Numbered from the stretch's first letter, positions 42,426 through 56,094 are shown. The stretch: 64,000 nt of DNA from Octopus sinensis (GCF_006345805.1 NC_043003.1:71920001-71984000); one strand, 5' to 3'. Notes: a model not told the origin generated them from the letters alone. Numbers and translations are program-made.

Positions 42426-42501
42426 GCATTCTTCTTCTTCTTCTTCTTCTTCTTCTTCTTCTTCTTCTTCTTCTTCTTCTTCTTCTTCTTCTTCTTCTTT
42501 C

Positions 42502-42541
<40 letters not shown>

Positions 42542-42544
42542 GAT

Positions 42545-44035
42545 TGTGATGAGAGTCACAACGTCCTCTTGCGAGAGATAGACCGCGAGTAACGATCCGA
42601 GTGCAAAAATGTCAGAGTTCGGAGTGGAGTGAATTTCGTGTTAGTTCGCAGTAAAGTCGGAAGTCGGTTGGTTAGTCCACAAGGAATATTGATTGTTGAT
42701 TCGTAAAGATATTTTTTAGTTCGATACATTGTTTTTACTGTTGTTTGAATATATTATTTATTGTACGTAACAAGTTAACGTTACAACATCTGGTGACGTG
42801 CATTTCGAAGTTCACATAGGTTATTTAAAAATTTGTTCGTGATACAACTTGTTGAATAATGGAAGACCTATTGGCTTCCATAGTGCAGTTTCAAAAGCAA
42901 CGACAAGAGCAGCAACAGGAGTTGCAGAAGCAATTATTACATCAACAACAACAACAACAATTATTGGAGCTCTATTCAAAAATGTCCAAAAATGAGTTAA
43001 GTTCATTTTCGCTAGGCGGCTTCTCGGACTCGATTAATGAATTCAATTATAACCCAGGGGAGGGTATAACTTTTGCATCGTACTACAGTATAACCCAGGG
43101 GAGGGTATAACTTTTGCATCGTACTACAGTAGTTACTAGGAGATTTTTAAGTAAGATTGCAAATCGTGGTCGGACGAACGAAAGGAGAGATTGTTATTGC
43201 GAAAATTAGCTCCGTTAGAACATGAACTGTAATTTCATATTGCCCATAAAACCCAATGAAATTTCTTTTCCCGAAACAATAGAATTACTGTTTATCATAT
43301 TCGATGACAGAACTTCTCTATTTAACACTCGAATGAGGTGTTGGAATATAACGGAAAAAAGGGAGTGTTGATTTTATTATATACGCAGGAACTGTGTGAA
43401 AGTTTTAAACTCAAAGAATTTACATCTGAGATGTTCAAGTGTCTTATTTTCGTACAAGGCCTTACTCTTTAACTCGTAAGAGTTGAAGAGAAAATTTTTT
43501 AAAAGTACTCTCGGACAAACTAGGTCTATGCACGGAGACTTAGAGCCCATGGTTCAGGATACATATCGTCTACGCTGGTTCAGTGAACGGTGCACACTAT
43601 TTAATCGTTGTGGATAGCTATATAAAGTGGCCAGAGGTATGAAGATACAATAAACCCACAGCAAAGACAACAATAAAGTTCTGACTCGAGTTATTCGCCC
43701 GATACTGTGTTCCAGACACGTTAGTTTCAGATAATGGAACACAATTCACGGGATATGAATTAAAACATTTCTGCAAAATACATGCCATAAAGCACATCTT
43801 TACCCCGCCCTACCATCCAAGGTCAAATGGGCAGGCGGAAAGATTTATCGACAAGTTCAAAAGAGCAGTAAGAAAAGCTAGAAACGAGCTAGGTAATGAC
43901 GAGGCACTAACGAAATTTTTGAGAGTATGTAGAATAACGCGAAATCCAAACACTAATTCAGGAAAGTCACCAGCAGAGTTAATGTTCGCGTCTAAAATAA
44001 AATCGATCTTCGATAAATTATTGCTAGGAGAAAAT
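42545..44035 (+). mobile_element. Internally deleted Gypsy (Mag/K02A2.6-like) element: 5' LTR, PBS, gag, integrase
   Basis: LTR TG(42545)..CA(42788); PBS-like TGGTGACG (42791). Gag: INEFNYNPGEGITFASYY, RLLLRKL, NFILP.KP.EISF.ET. Integrase: LVSDNGTQFT, TPPYHPRSNGQAERF, SGKSPAELMF. Confidence 0.85.
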
Positions 44036-46284
44036 ACATATAAAGGTAAGATGTAAATACATTTGAAGGAAATACATTTTCCTCAATCTGTTTGTTTTTA
44101 TCGCTTGATCCTGGGCTGCTAGTTAGGCTCTGTTTCTTTTTAATTGGCCATTTTAAAAACCAAACCCAGGATTTTGTTCCATATGCGTCTTCTATTTCTT
44201 TTTTCTTTTCTCTTCTTTTTTCTCTTTTTGTGTTTCTTTTTCTTTTTGCCATTTGTAAGCTTGAAAATTGATGATGTCATTCCATCAATGGATATGTGCT
44301 GACTGGAGTTACCAAATATGCCTGTGTGAAAGAACCGCATCGGGTAATCTAGGTTGTATCTAGATAGAGTATCCTGTAGCTTAGTTGATAAATATAGAGC
44401 AAGCTGTCAACTTTTCAAAATTGTTGGCTATACATACCACAAATTTGTGATCTTCTTGATCTAGATAGGCTTTGTACGCAGAGGCCTAGCTACAGGAAGT
44501 TGAATGCATCACTCCTGGCGTGCCAAGCTTACAGAGATTGGATTAGCGAATTGGTTAAGCGGGCATTAACAGGATCAGTCGTCAACAGCAAATGATAGTT
44601 TGTCTTGAAAAGGGCAATTAGGTTTAGTAATGTATTAATGCAAAAATCTGAAACCTTTATTTCTGGTGTCCACTTGTGATTTATTGTATAAATTATTTGC
44701 TATGTGGGAATGTTACTTGATTGGCTGGGGATTGTGTTTAGTATGTTTGCGCAAAACGTATATGGTGTAAGATCTACCAGTGTATTAAAAATATCTTGTA
44801 TACAATGTGGCTGAAGGCAAAGCAAGTGAGACTTACGAAAAGCGTATCGAAGTTCTGGAGGTGATCAAATTTCTTATGTAAATGTTTCCATCTAAAACTT
44901 CAATGTTTATTGTTACATTATGAAGTGTGTTGCTAAAGAAAGGTGGTACATTTTTAACACACATTATCTCTCCTATCTAGGAGAGACACGATTTAGTCAT
45001 GTGAACAACATAACAATTAAGGAGAGAGGTATGGAAGGAGGTAGTCATAGTAGAGGTGGTTGCTAAAAGCTCAATTCTTGAGCTGTTGACTTTCTTAATA
45101 AATTATATTCTTAAAAATCGTTTTTGTTGTTTTTTAGTCCCAGATGGCCAGATGGAGTGAGGAACATTATCAACAGTATCATATGTAGAAATTACTGGTT
45201 TTATATTTAAGCACAAGGCCAACAATTTTGGTGAGGAGATAAGTCGATTACAGCGACCCCAGTGTTTAACTGGTACTTATTTTATCGACCTCGAAAAGAT
45301 GAAAGGCTAAGTCAACCTCATCGGAATTTAATTCAGGTAAAGACGGACGAAATGCCGCTAAGCACTTTGCTCGATTCTGCCAGCTCGCCGCCTTATTCAA
45401 AGAAAAATATTAGTTGTAATGTAACGAATGAATTTATTACTATTGAATACATATGTATTATATTCTGAATGTTAGCATTGTGTTCTCAGTTGCTTTGAAA
45501 TAGTCTATATTCCAATGATAAGACAAGAAGCCTGACATGCCTTACTCTGTTCTGGAGTAAGTGTGTTTCCAGAAGAAAAATCATTTTTGTTTGCTGAGTA
45601 GTGCAACTACAGCTTTGGAAACTAAAAGTTAATGTTTTACTATATTTTCGTGCTTTAGATTTTTCATATTTCTGAATATTTTTCCTGTTTCTCCTATATT
45701 ATATATATCAAAAATTATTTCTAAGTATTTGTTCGTGTTTTATATAACTGAAATGGTTACATTTTACTATGTTTCCATGCTATTTTTACTTTTGGTATTT
45801 TTTAGCATTTAAAAGTTTTTAACATTTTAAAAAAATTTCAAAATAAATGTTCGTATGATTTGTATCAATAATTTGAGATTTTCCATATTTTCCATATTTT
45901 CCAGTTTTTCCATATTTTTCATACTTTTCCCTTTTTCTCATTTTTTTTACATTTTCGGAGTTTTTCATAATTATGTGTTTTGTTCTTTATTTTTTTAGAG
46001 ACGTTTTACCATTTTAAGTTTTTATAATATATTCCCATAATTTTCAAAGCTTACATATCTTTCATATCATTCTATATTTATTTTTCATATTTTCCTGTTT
46101 TTCTTTCTTTTTAGTATATTCCTTATTTTTTCGAAATTATTTTTCGCAATTTTGGATAAATTTAATTTTTCGTATTTTTCTATTTTCGTATGCTTATATT
46201 ATGCTTTCTTTCCTCCTTTTTTTCTTAATCATACATATATACATACATACATACATACATACATACATACATACATACATACAT

Positions 46285-46348
<64 letters not shown>

Positions 46349-46739
46349 TATATAATATATATATATGCGTGAATTTATATATGTATATGTGTATACATGT
46401 ATGCATATATGCATATATACATGTGTACCAGCGCTGCCGAAGTTTTTTTTCAAAACGTACAGAATTTTACTGAAGCCTCCAAATACAGTCAAAACGAACT
46501 TTTTTATATATTTTTCTGATTTGGAAAACATTTATTGAAACGTTGAATGTTTGGGAATCAAAATGAAAAATCATCTTTGTGAGTGATTTCTCTGTTGTAC
46601 CAATATTTTCAAATAATGTATTACAGAGTTGTTCATCCGACTCCCACGTCGTACAATCGGTATTTCGTAATACAGTTTTCGACCTCATAAGAGCATGAAG
46701 CGTAGAAGTTTTCAAGCAATTTCGATTTTTAATTTTGAT

Positions 46740-48348
46740 ATTGAGGGAAGAAACAGAAAATTCTTTCTGACGATGCAGAGGAGTGTAGTAAAGAAAGAAG
46801 ACTGAGCAGTTGGAGATGGTGGTCTACCTGTGCAGTTGCGGAGGCGGTCCGCAGGGATCGCCGGTGCTTGGTTGGCACTCGGGTGTTGGTGGAAAACGCA
46901 GAACGTTTCATCGACCCGGGCAATCGTCGCTTGAGGAGGCAGCGGGGCCGGAGGATGGTCCCAGTACGGCAGCGAAAGAAGAGATATCGGCGACAGGGAA
47001 CAGTGAAAGGGCGGAACGGTCCCTGGTCGTCGGCCTTAGTTGTGCAGAATGGAGACGGCACAGCAAGGTGCTACGTGGGGTATAGAGCCCTGAGGAAGGT
47101 GGCCACTGTGAAGGATTGGCCAGACCCTGCTTGTGTGAGGGAGCTAAGGAACTCCCTCGGACGGTGCGCCCATTGTAGGCGGCTCGTAGGAGGCCTCGCG
47201 GCCTCGGCAGAGGTGTTACCCAAGCCGCAGAGGGAAGATGCCAACCTGTGGCCGGTGGTGAAGTGGTGGCCGTGGGAGGTGAGACCCCCGGAGGAGAAAC
47301 CACCCAAGGATACCTTCAGTTCCTGGAACATCTGCTGGAGCTCGCCCTCGGAGGTACGAGTTTAGTGTGCTTTTGTCGGGTCGACAAAGTTTAGGTAGGG
47401 GGTAGTGTTGTGAATAGGTCAGTTCAGGGACACTTCTATGACCTACTTTGCTCGGTTTGTAGTCTGGAAGTCTACAATGTAAAGTTATTGTCCTTTGTTC
47501 TGTCGGATTCACGAAAGAGTGATGGCTTTTGGAAAGACCCCTACCCTTTTGCCGGTCAAGGAAGGGTCAATGAAACTACCCTATAAAAAAGGAGAAGCTG
47601 TGAGTCTGTCAGATCAGTTCAGCCGGAGAAATTGAGGTAGTAACAAGGCAGACGGGATTACGGCCTGAGGCAGTGACAGCGCAGAGGAGGACAGACAGAT
47701 GGTATTGCAGAGCTGGGAGAGAGAGTGACAGTGACAACGTCGATGAGGACAGGCAGATAGGATTACGGCGTGAGGCGGTCAGTTGAGAAAGACATACACA
47801 TAGGATTAGGGACCGATCGAGAGGGACTACGGTGTGAGGCATTGGCTGTTGTACGGTATGTGTTACTTATGTAAAGAGATTATAACGAACTGTTACAGAA
47901 TTGCGGAAAGCAAGAAAAGAATTGTGTTTTATTGTTGAATTGATATGTGAATTGAGTAAAGGACTTGTTGATGTGTTATAAAGAACAGTGCTAAAAAAAT
48001 GAGATTGTAAAGACTTTGAAGGACTTTGAACTGTAGCGTGTATTGTTGTTTTGATTTGATCTGAACTTATTTGTTTGATTCGACGTGTACTGTTTAAATG
48101 CTGTTGTTTTGTTGTTTCTTGCATGTATTTTCTTTGATATATCTGATGTATTTTACATTGTATTTGATGTTGTAATGATTGTCATAAACTGTGTTTAAAT
48201 GTAGCCAATTGCCTTCCGTCTCTCTCTGTGTCTCTTCCTACTGTTTGTTGTTGTTGTTATCTCCGGTCGCCGACTTCGCTGCTATCCCCACCGAGTCCTC
48301 TCTGTGTGGAGAATTCTCCGTTCGACTGAGCGAGAGTGGTCCGTAACA
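46740..48348 (+). mobile_element. Non-autonomous Gypsy derivative: deleted pol, PPT and 943-bp 3' LTR
   Basis: ORF 46868-47365 PWSSALVVQNGDGTARCYVGYRAL|KVATVKDWPDP..VRELRNSLG. PPT AGGTAGGGGGTAG (47393-47405). LTR TGTTGTGA(47406)...CCGTAACA(48348) with TATA-like TATAAAA at 47582. Confidence 0.85.
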
Positions 48349-49628
48349 ATATCATAAAAGTCAGGTTTAAAAATTTGACGTAATTTGGCTTAAAATTGAT
48401 TTAAATATACGACTGGAAAAATAAGGTGTGATTAAATTTTTTAAAAATCGATTTAAAGAGTATACTTAAAAAACTTAGAAAGAAAGAAACTAGAATATAA
48501 TCGCATGCATAAACGCAAGCATACACACACATACTCACGCACGCACAAGCACACACATCTATATATACACATTAGATCACAAATAAAAATATTTTATAGA
48601 AATGTCAAAATTAACCTCCAGCTTTTGGGAGTTGTTTAGAGGTGTATTAGTTTGTTCCTGCAAGAGTTTATCGTCTTCAATTCATATTCTGTTCATTTTT
48701 AGTGAAGAGAATACTTATGGTATCCACAACACGCTTACGCTTTACCTATCACTATTCTGGTTTAATTTAGCTTTGGACCAAAATATTGCTTCATTTCAAC
48801 TCCAAAGAATAATCTGACAACGAAGTCATATTATTTCTATCCTTGATTGATGGTTAATCCTGTACAGAACTTCGCAGAAGCAAAGATTTTAACAAACTGA
48901 CACGCCAATTTACTAATTCATTAAAGTTACGAGCGATAAGTTGGCTGTCTTAATTACAGAGAAATTTGAATGAAATCTAGATGTATTCAACTAAGAAACA
49001 TGCTGCATGGAAATGTCGTAAAGATTGCTGATTTTTTACTGCTAGGCACATTTATCACAATGCGAATGCCGAGAAAATTGCAAACATATGCATATGTGGA
49101 ATTTAATAATTCATTTCTATTTGTATGATGTCTTACATAATCATTTTTCACTACAAATCCATGTGTCAGACAGCAACACCCAGCAAATATCTACTAAAAC
49201 GTTAACGCCCCAGCAGTCATTTTCACACATAAACACATTTCATAAGCAATATACAATGCAAAAGAAATAAAAAGCCAGAAATCGGTAAAAAGTTCAAGAA
49301 AACAACAACTACTAAACGATATATTTTTAATGCTATAGTATTCAGAAATATTTACACTGAAAATGATAACATACTTCGAATTGTTCCTTTGGTCGATAGG
49401 CGTTGTACAGAATATAATAGAATAGGAAAATTAAAATTCAATATTACTCATATCATCTTACAACTTTCGTTTTAAATTATCCTTTCTAACCTCTTCTCAG
49501 CTTTTTGCAATTTCTCTGTCTCTCTCCCTACCCCACTCTATCAATACACACTCATACACACATATGCAAAAGTGTGAAGTGTGCTAAAGTGTCTTTCTCT
49601 ATATGTATATTACATACGCACATATACG

Positions 49629-49666
<38 letters not shown>

Positions 49667-49758
49667 ATGCGTGCGTGTATGCATGGGTGTGTGCTATGCA
49701 TAATAGAATCAGAAGATATAAAGTAAAAACGTACAGAACCTAGCTCTGGATAAGCCAT

Positions 49759-49936
49759 GAAAATATAAATACATTCCTTCTATACTTTTGATGTGCAGAA
49801 AAGTGGCGGGAATGTTCGATGAACCGTTTCACAATTTGTTGGGTGCTCCACAAGATATCGTGAAACGGTCTATGAGAAGAATCCCGCCTGTTTTTCTATG
49901 CATCAAAAATCTAGAAAGAATGTGTTTACATTTTTC
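49759..49936. repeat. Imperfect ~178-bp palindrome (foldback/MITE-like)
   Basis: ACATTCCTTCTATACTTTTGATG...GGCGGGA...ACCGTTTCAC pairs with GTGAAACGGT...TCCCGCC...CATCAAAAATCTAGAAAGAATGT. Confidence 0.85.
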
Positions 49937-50306
49937 GCCCTGTGAATTAAATAACATATTGTTTCGTTAATGGTGAACAACATATAGAAAAATATGCAAA
50001 GCAAGGTAGCCATTAATATCCCACTCTAATATAAGAATGCTTTATATAGAAGCTAGAGATTCTGTGCTATTAATTGATGAAAAAACCAGGTACATGCGAG
50101 CAGAAGTCAATAAATCCTAAAAAGGAACGCCCAGAGGATTTCATCTACTTTCCTGTACATCAAAAGCATAGAATGAATTAAGTGAAATTTATTTATCTGA
50201 ACTACGAACAGGTGTGTAATAATTGCACACATACACATACGTGCGCGACACATTTCCTTATAAAAATGTATATAAATATATATTTGTATGTACGAATACA
50301 TAGCTA

Positions 50307-50394
<88 letters not shown>

Positions 50395-50396
<2 letters not shown>

Positions 50397-50600
50397 GCCA
50401 TGTTGATTCGCTAGCTTCTGCACGCATTTTTTCTCTCCTTGTTTCTCTCCGTGTTTCTTCTCTGTGTATCTTTCTGTTGAAGAGCGTAGGCTCGAAACGT
50501 AAAAAAACTTGTTTTATTTATATTCCCGAGCGCCATACTAATACAATTGTTTGTTTGTATTCCACCTGCCTTCGTCTTTTGTTTATTTTCATAAATATAT
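50395..50600 (+). repeat. pLTR-like repeat with minimal HHR-like motif (50469-50505); second copy 60750-60942
   Basis: TTT-CTGTTGA-A-GAGC GTAG GCTC-GAAAC-GTA-AAA, with the same motif at 60818-60853. Both copies are flanked by (TA)n. Confidence 0.7.
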
Positions 50601-50879
50601 ATATATAATTATTATTATTAATGTGCATCGAATGAGAAAGGAGGGGTCAATATATGTTGTAATGGTTATAATTTTTATTTGTCAAAACTGAACCAGAGAG
50701 TTTGTCTCGCAGCTCGAGTCTCACACTAGTTCGATCATCAGGTTAAATTCTAGTTCCTCAGAGTTTTGTCTGTATGTATGCGCTCATATGTATTATGTAT
50801 GTTTTGTACTCCATGACACATCTCTCTATTTTCCTTCCTTATTTTGCAGGTGCTTACCTGTAGAAATTTTAATATGTTA

Positions 50880-51935
50880 AGATGTATCACCTGTATGGTT
50901 TCGATTGAAGACAAATTAGTGGAGCATGGACAGCAGGGGAGTCAATCACTAAACTACCAACTTCTTAAATGCTTCCAGAGGTATAATCCCTAAAATCTCG
51001 CTGGTATTCCGAAACCAAGATAAAACCAGATCTGGAAAGTATAAGGAGGGCAAAGCAAACAGAGGTACCGCAGAATAGTAAAACGTATTGTGTTTAAAAA
51101 CCATTAGACTACGACAGTAAAAGTGACTACAGCGCTAAACTACCGCTTCGCCAATCCTGTGTCGACAAATAACCGTTCGTCGTGAGCTCTATAACGCAGG
51201 ATGCTATACCATGGATGGGGCTGAAGTTGCCAGACTTCTTCTGTCCTATATCACCATTGATAAGCAGGATAAGTGGTGTCAGAAGCAATCAGTTGCTCAA
51301 TGGAACAACGTCATCATCTTTGATAAATCATCATTCACCCATTTCCCACTTCAGGGCGAGTTTATGTCTAGAAACATCCCCAAATACCTTCAATTGATTG
51401 TTTGGTCTCTACCGTGAAACATGGAAGTGACTTTGTGATGAGTGGAGCATCCATATCGTGGAACTCATCACAAGGTCCTTTAGTCGTTCTATACTGCAGA
51501 GTTAACGCCAAGGATTATCTAGGTTGGTTGATTGTGTCTATTCTATAGTACAAATATTGTTTCCTGATGCTAGCGTAACCTTCCAGGACGATAATGTGCC
51601 TAACCACACGGCTAATGTTATTCAAAATCAGTACAAAGAGTAGAAAAGTGAGTACACTGCTTAGATTGCAACACTACAGAAAAAAAAAAGAAAAGAAGAT
51701 ACCAAGGGACCTTAATATAATCGAGCATTTATGGTGCATTTTCGAGCAGCAAGTAATGAGCCACTTTTCATCATCATCGTTAAGAGCCAAGGCAGACTTT
51801 AATTCAAGAATCGTTAAATATTTCGCTAACAACCGTTGAGAATCTGCACTAGTCGATTCTTCGATGTATTGCTGTTGAGATTAATGCCAACGATGGACAA
51901 TCTGAAGGTGCTTCCAATATTTTGTCGAGCCTCTA
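50880..51935 (+). mobile_element. Decayed Tc1 (DD34E-type) transposon
   Basis: WNNVIIFDKSSF, TVKHGS, FQDDNVPNHTA and PRDLNIIEHLW; TIR-like end AGGTGCTTCCAATATTTTGTCGAGCCTCT. Confidence 0.85.
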
Positions 51936-52367
51936 TGAATGTTGTCTCTTCTGTTTTGAATTATTTAAATTCTTCCTCTGAAGAAAGACCTGGTTTCTAA
52001 CAAAGGCACAAAGTTCCATCTTTGGAATGTAGATAACGAAAACAATATTACATTTTAAACCCGATAAAAGTCTTGCATAGTTTTACTGTTCCGCTTAAAG
52101 ATTGTATTTGTAATGTGCGAATAAGTTGGTTAATTTCTTTTTCTGATTATCCAAACTTATCCAGACTGACAGTTTGGCATTTATACTCCAATTTTTATCG
52201 GCATAAATGTAAATTTGTATGTATGTATGTATGTATGTATGTATGTATGTATGTATGTATGTATGTATGTATGTATGTATGTATGTATGTATGTGTGTAT
52301 GTATGTGTATGTATGTTTGTATGTATGTATGTATGTATGTATGTATGTATGTATGTATGTATGTATG

Positions 52368-52600
52368 TGCACACAGTTGGATAACAAGAGTGATTGTAAG
52401 CCTGAAAGACGCACTGCACTTGTTGCTCGCGAGCTGAACCGTTATAACATTGATATAGTTGCACTTTCAGAGCCTCGGATAGGAGGTGATGGTCAGCTTG
52501 AGGAAGTAGGAGGTGGATACACCTTTTCTGGAAGCGGGGCAAAAAGAGGATCGCAGAGAGGCTGGTGTTGACTTTGCAGTTTGATCTGATATCCTTCAGA
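52368..52600 (+). mobile_element. RTE-clade APE endonuclease N-terminal fragment
   Basis: PERRTALVARELNRYNIDIVALSEPRIGGDGQLEEVGGGYTF. Confidence 0.9.
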
Positions 52601-53159
52601 AATATATACGTCACTAAAGTGACTGACGCCACTAGTCAGCACCAGCGTTGTTAGAAATAAGAATTAAAACAACTCATAGCCACAAGAAGCACCTTGTCTT
52701 AATGACTAACAACGGACATTATTATTTATAACTTATACACTTTTAGCGTTTAGGAAATCAGCATATGATTAATACGATAATCTTATAAACTGACAAAGCG
52801 AGTTGAGTTTAACCCAGAGCATTAGGTGAGAGCCACTGACAAGCATTAATATAAATCCGAAAACCCTGTGATCAAGCTATGCCTAGGCGATGAGGGAGAT
52901 TCCCTCCTTTGTCAGTCATTAAGGTAAGGTGCTTGTGGCTATGAGTTGTTTTAGCAATACTGGTGCTGACTATCTGTATATATGTACATGTATATAGGCG
53001 CAGGAGTGGCTGTGTGGTTAGTAGCTTACTTACCAACCACATGGTTCCGTGTTCAGTCCCATTGCGTGGCACTTTGGGCAAATATCTTCTACTATAGCTT
53101 CGGGCTAACCAAAGCTTTGTGAGGGGATTTGGTAGACGGAAATGGAAGGAAGCCCGTCG

Positions 53160-53251
<92 letters not shown>

Positions 53252-53664
53252 AATCCAGACCAGTTTGCGGATCGAATATCTCCAGCAATTATAGACAGTC
53301 CTACTTCCTCTAACGAGTATTACGACCTCTCATAGAAATGTCCCCAGATGTCAATTTGAGCACGAAGATCTCAATAAAATCAGTATTTGTAACCAATCCA
53401 ACGACCTCACAGGCTGTGCAGTGGGTATTATGGATGTGATTTCACTCTACCCATTTATAAGACTTAGATTTTGCTGTGGAGAAAGGCATGGAGATAATCT
53501 GTGAGAGTGAAGTAGAGTTTCGTGAAGTCAACACGAGGGAATTGGACATCTTCCTTAGATTAAGCTACGACAGTGACTATATAGACGACCATCGCCTCAG
53601 TAGATTCTGCCCCACCATATTATTTTACACATATTTAAACATAGTTTAAAATACCCACGTATGC

Positions 53665-54111
53665 AATAATTGTATCCGAGGTAGACTTTTCCATATCGGC
53701 ATAAATAGCGGCTTATTTGTGTTGAAAGGAACATATAAATCGAAAGATATCTTTATAGACACATGAAATAACGAGTGTATATTTTTGTGTTTGTAAAGTT
53801 CATACCATGCTCTGATTGTGAAAATCATACTGTTACTCAATAGTGAGAGGGTATATGAAGTGTTAATATATTGAAATGTATATGAATACGTATCTTATCA
53901 ACGATACGTACACATATACTATTCAATATATTAACACTTCATACACCTCCTGCTCACTACTTGACAATCAGAGCATGACATGAACTTTACTGACACAAAA
54001 ATATACATGTATTATTTCATGTGTCTATAAAGATATCTTTCGATTTATATGCCCCAATCAACATAAGGCACTATTTATGCAAATATGGAAAGTACCTTGG
54101 ATACAATTATT
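53665..54111. repeat. ~450-bp imperfect palindrome (foldback/MITE-like)
   Basis: Centre TACGTATC-TTATCAAC-GATACGTA (53887-53910). A long perfect block, CATATAAATCGAAAGATATCTTTATAGACACATGAAATAA, is mirrored at about 54012-54051. Confidence 0.9.
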
Positions 54112-54559
54112 ATTACTTGGTTGGATTATGCCGATTATTTACCTGAGTAATAGCGGAAAGTTTTCAGCATTTTATACTTTAAAGAAGTGATAAGACACAC
54201 ATATCCAAGAGAGTAATTCTTTACCGGCTACGAGTACTTCAAAGCTTTCTACAGTGCGAATCCTACAATCATATTTATCCTTCGTTTATACGGCCGTTAT
54301 TGGTACTGTGATCCAATTGAGTTTAAAACTAATGGTTTTGTATTTCAGATCCTATATGTACTCAGCAAGCAAAATTGCATTAGATAACTTTTTGTTAACA
54401 AAGGTGTGCCCATAGATCACATATTAGGACTTAAAACTATTTGATATGGAACCTGTATAATATTTAATGACTTTTGGTGTTGCTTCCTTCGCATCTGTAT
54501 TGTAGAAGAGGCAATTAGTTGCTATTCTACAGTTACATTTGCGTGAGTGATGTGGCGAG

Positions 54560-55690
54560 CTGGCATTTCCAAGTTATGCTGATTATTGCTATACACCTAG
54601 ATTGTAGGATATTTCTAAAGTTTCCAGATGTTTCTTCAGTTGGGTGGTAGTGAATCCAATGCTACGATGACAATAAGGACAACCTCTATGTTTGACTCTC
54701 GTAGCTGCCACATCTTAGCGATCTCAATTCTCAGGTCCCCATATTTAATAATCTTTTCTCTTTCTTTCATATGTTGATTTCCTGGCACTGCCACGTCGAT
54801 TATTAGGCACTCTTCTTTGTCTCTCCTGAAGGTTACTATATCCGGCCTTCGGTGTTCTTACACCTTGTTAGTCGGGAAGTCAAAGTCCCAGAGGTTTTCC
54901 GGCGTATGTTGATACCAAGCACCCGTAACCTCAAATCCATACTTCCGACATAGTAGCCAGTGAAGGTTTGAAGCTACCAAGTCGAGTTTGCGCTCGTACT
55001 CTTTCTGCGCAAGACTTTCACAAGCACTAACAATCTGAGTCACGCTTTCAACCCTCTTCCCACACACTCTGCAGAGATTCGTTGCACTTGTGTGGTATAT
55101 ATCCCTTCTCACTGAGTTTGTATTCAACACCTGATCCTGAGTAGCGATGATTAGGCTTCCAGTATTCTTTTTTAGGTCACCTTTGCTGAGCCACCTCCGT
55201 GACACTTCCTGGTCTTTTAAGTTGTTAGTTTCACGATGGGACTGACCATGTAATTCCATGCGGATTAGGGTTTCTTCTCTCTCGTTGGCGGTCCGTGATC
55301 AGAATTCATGAGCACTCTCAAGTTCATTTTTGGTAAATCCTTCTGCATTAGCAGCATAGTGTAGTAGGTCTTATTTACTGTTTACCAAATATTCTGCCAT
55401 GTTTCTTCTTTCATTGTTGATACACCGCAGTACGATAATCATCCCACGTCAACTTTTACCCCTCTTCATGAAGAGCCTGTGTACATTTGCCTTAGGGTGC
55501 CATTGTCTTTCGGGTAGTGCAAAAGAGTTGGTTAATCTCCGCTCGTATCCATTGCAGGATGGGTGCATTATAGTGAACTACAGTAAAAACCCATATGTTG
55601 ATGGCAGTCACAAGGTTTCTTGAGCTGAGTCTTGATTTCAAGAGATGTTTGAGGCGCTTGAAATATGCAGTGATGACCTTGTCTTTCATT
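54560..55690 (-). mobile_element. R4/Dong-type LINE fragment (RT C-terminus, CCHC, restriction-like endonuclease)
   Basis: KRLKHLLKSRLSSRNLVTAINIW; CRVCGKRVESVTQIVSAC..LAQKEY; RRPDIV...CLIIDVAVP...EKIIKYGDL. Confidence 0.9.
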
Positions 55691-56094
55691 TCTCTGTTCG
55701 CGACATGATGATCTCATATCAAGATAAATAGCACCTGACCTTGCAGGTGGAGCCCAGTTAGTATTTTCGTCAGGTCGAGTAGCCCCCCGCCCCGCTCAAA
55801 TGGTCCCTGAATAAGGGTTGTTTAAGGATGTTAAACGAAACACCCATGATTCCAGAGGTGAATTATCCAAACGTCAACGAATTTCTCTCAATACATGGCT
55901 ATGATGCTCCCCCCACTACTCCTGCTCGTGATCAGAGATGCACATATCGTCAGCCACGAAGGGACATACTCAACTAGTTAAAGTCAACGACTGACATGAC
56001 AAGAAAAAACAATGTACATGATATCACTTCCAATCAGTTAAGATGAAAAGCAATGAAAACTACTGCCTAGTACTGAATCAGAGCATAGTACTTG

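Noticed and set aside
42428-42540. Poly-F/I/K/L ORFs, and IYIY/CVCV/poly-N ORFs elsewhere
   Set aside because: Translations of (CTT)n, (ATT)n, (TA)n and (TG)n microsatellites.
44270-44760. Possible LINE RNase H remnant; also a possible Tx1 endonuclease remnant at 53250-53620
   Set aside because: Only faint motif resemblance by eye; profile searches would be needed.
50690-50745. Additional hammerhead on the minus strand (CTGATGA-TCGA...TCGA)
   Set aside because: No GAAA box after stem II. Similar half-motifs near 10960-11125, 22830-22860, 23135-23162 and 28830-28845 are too decayed to call.
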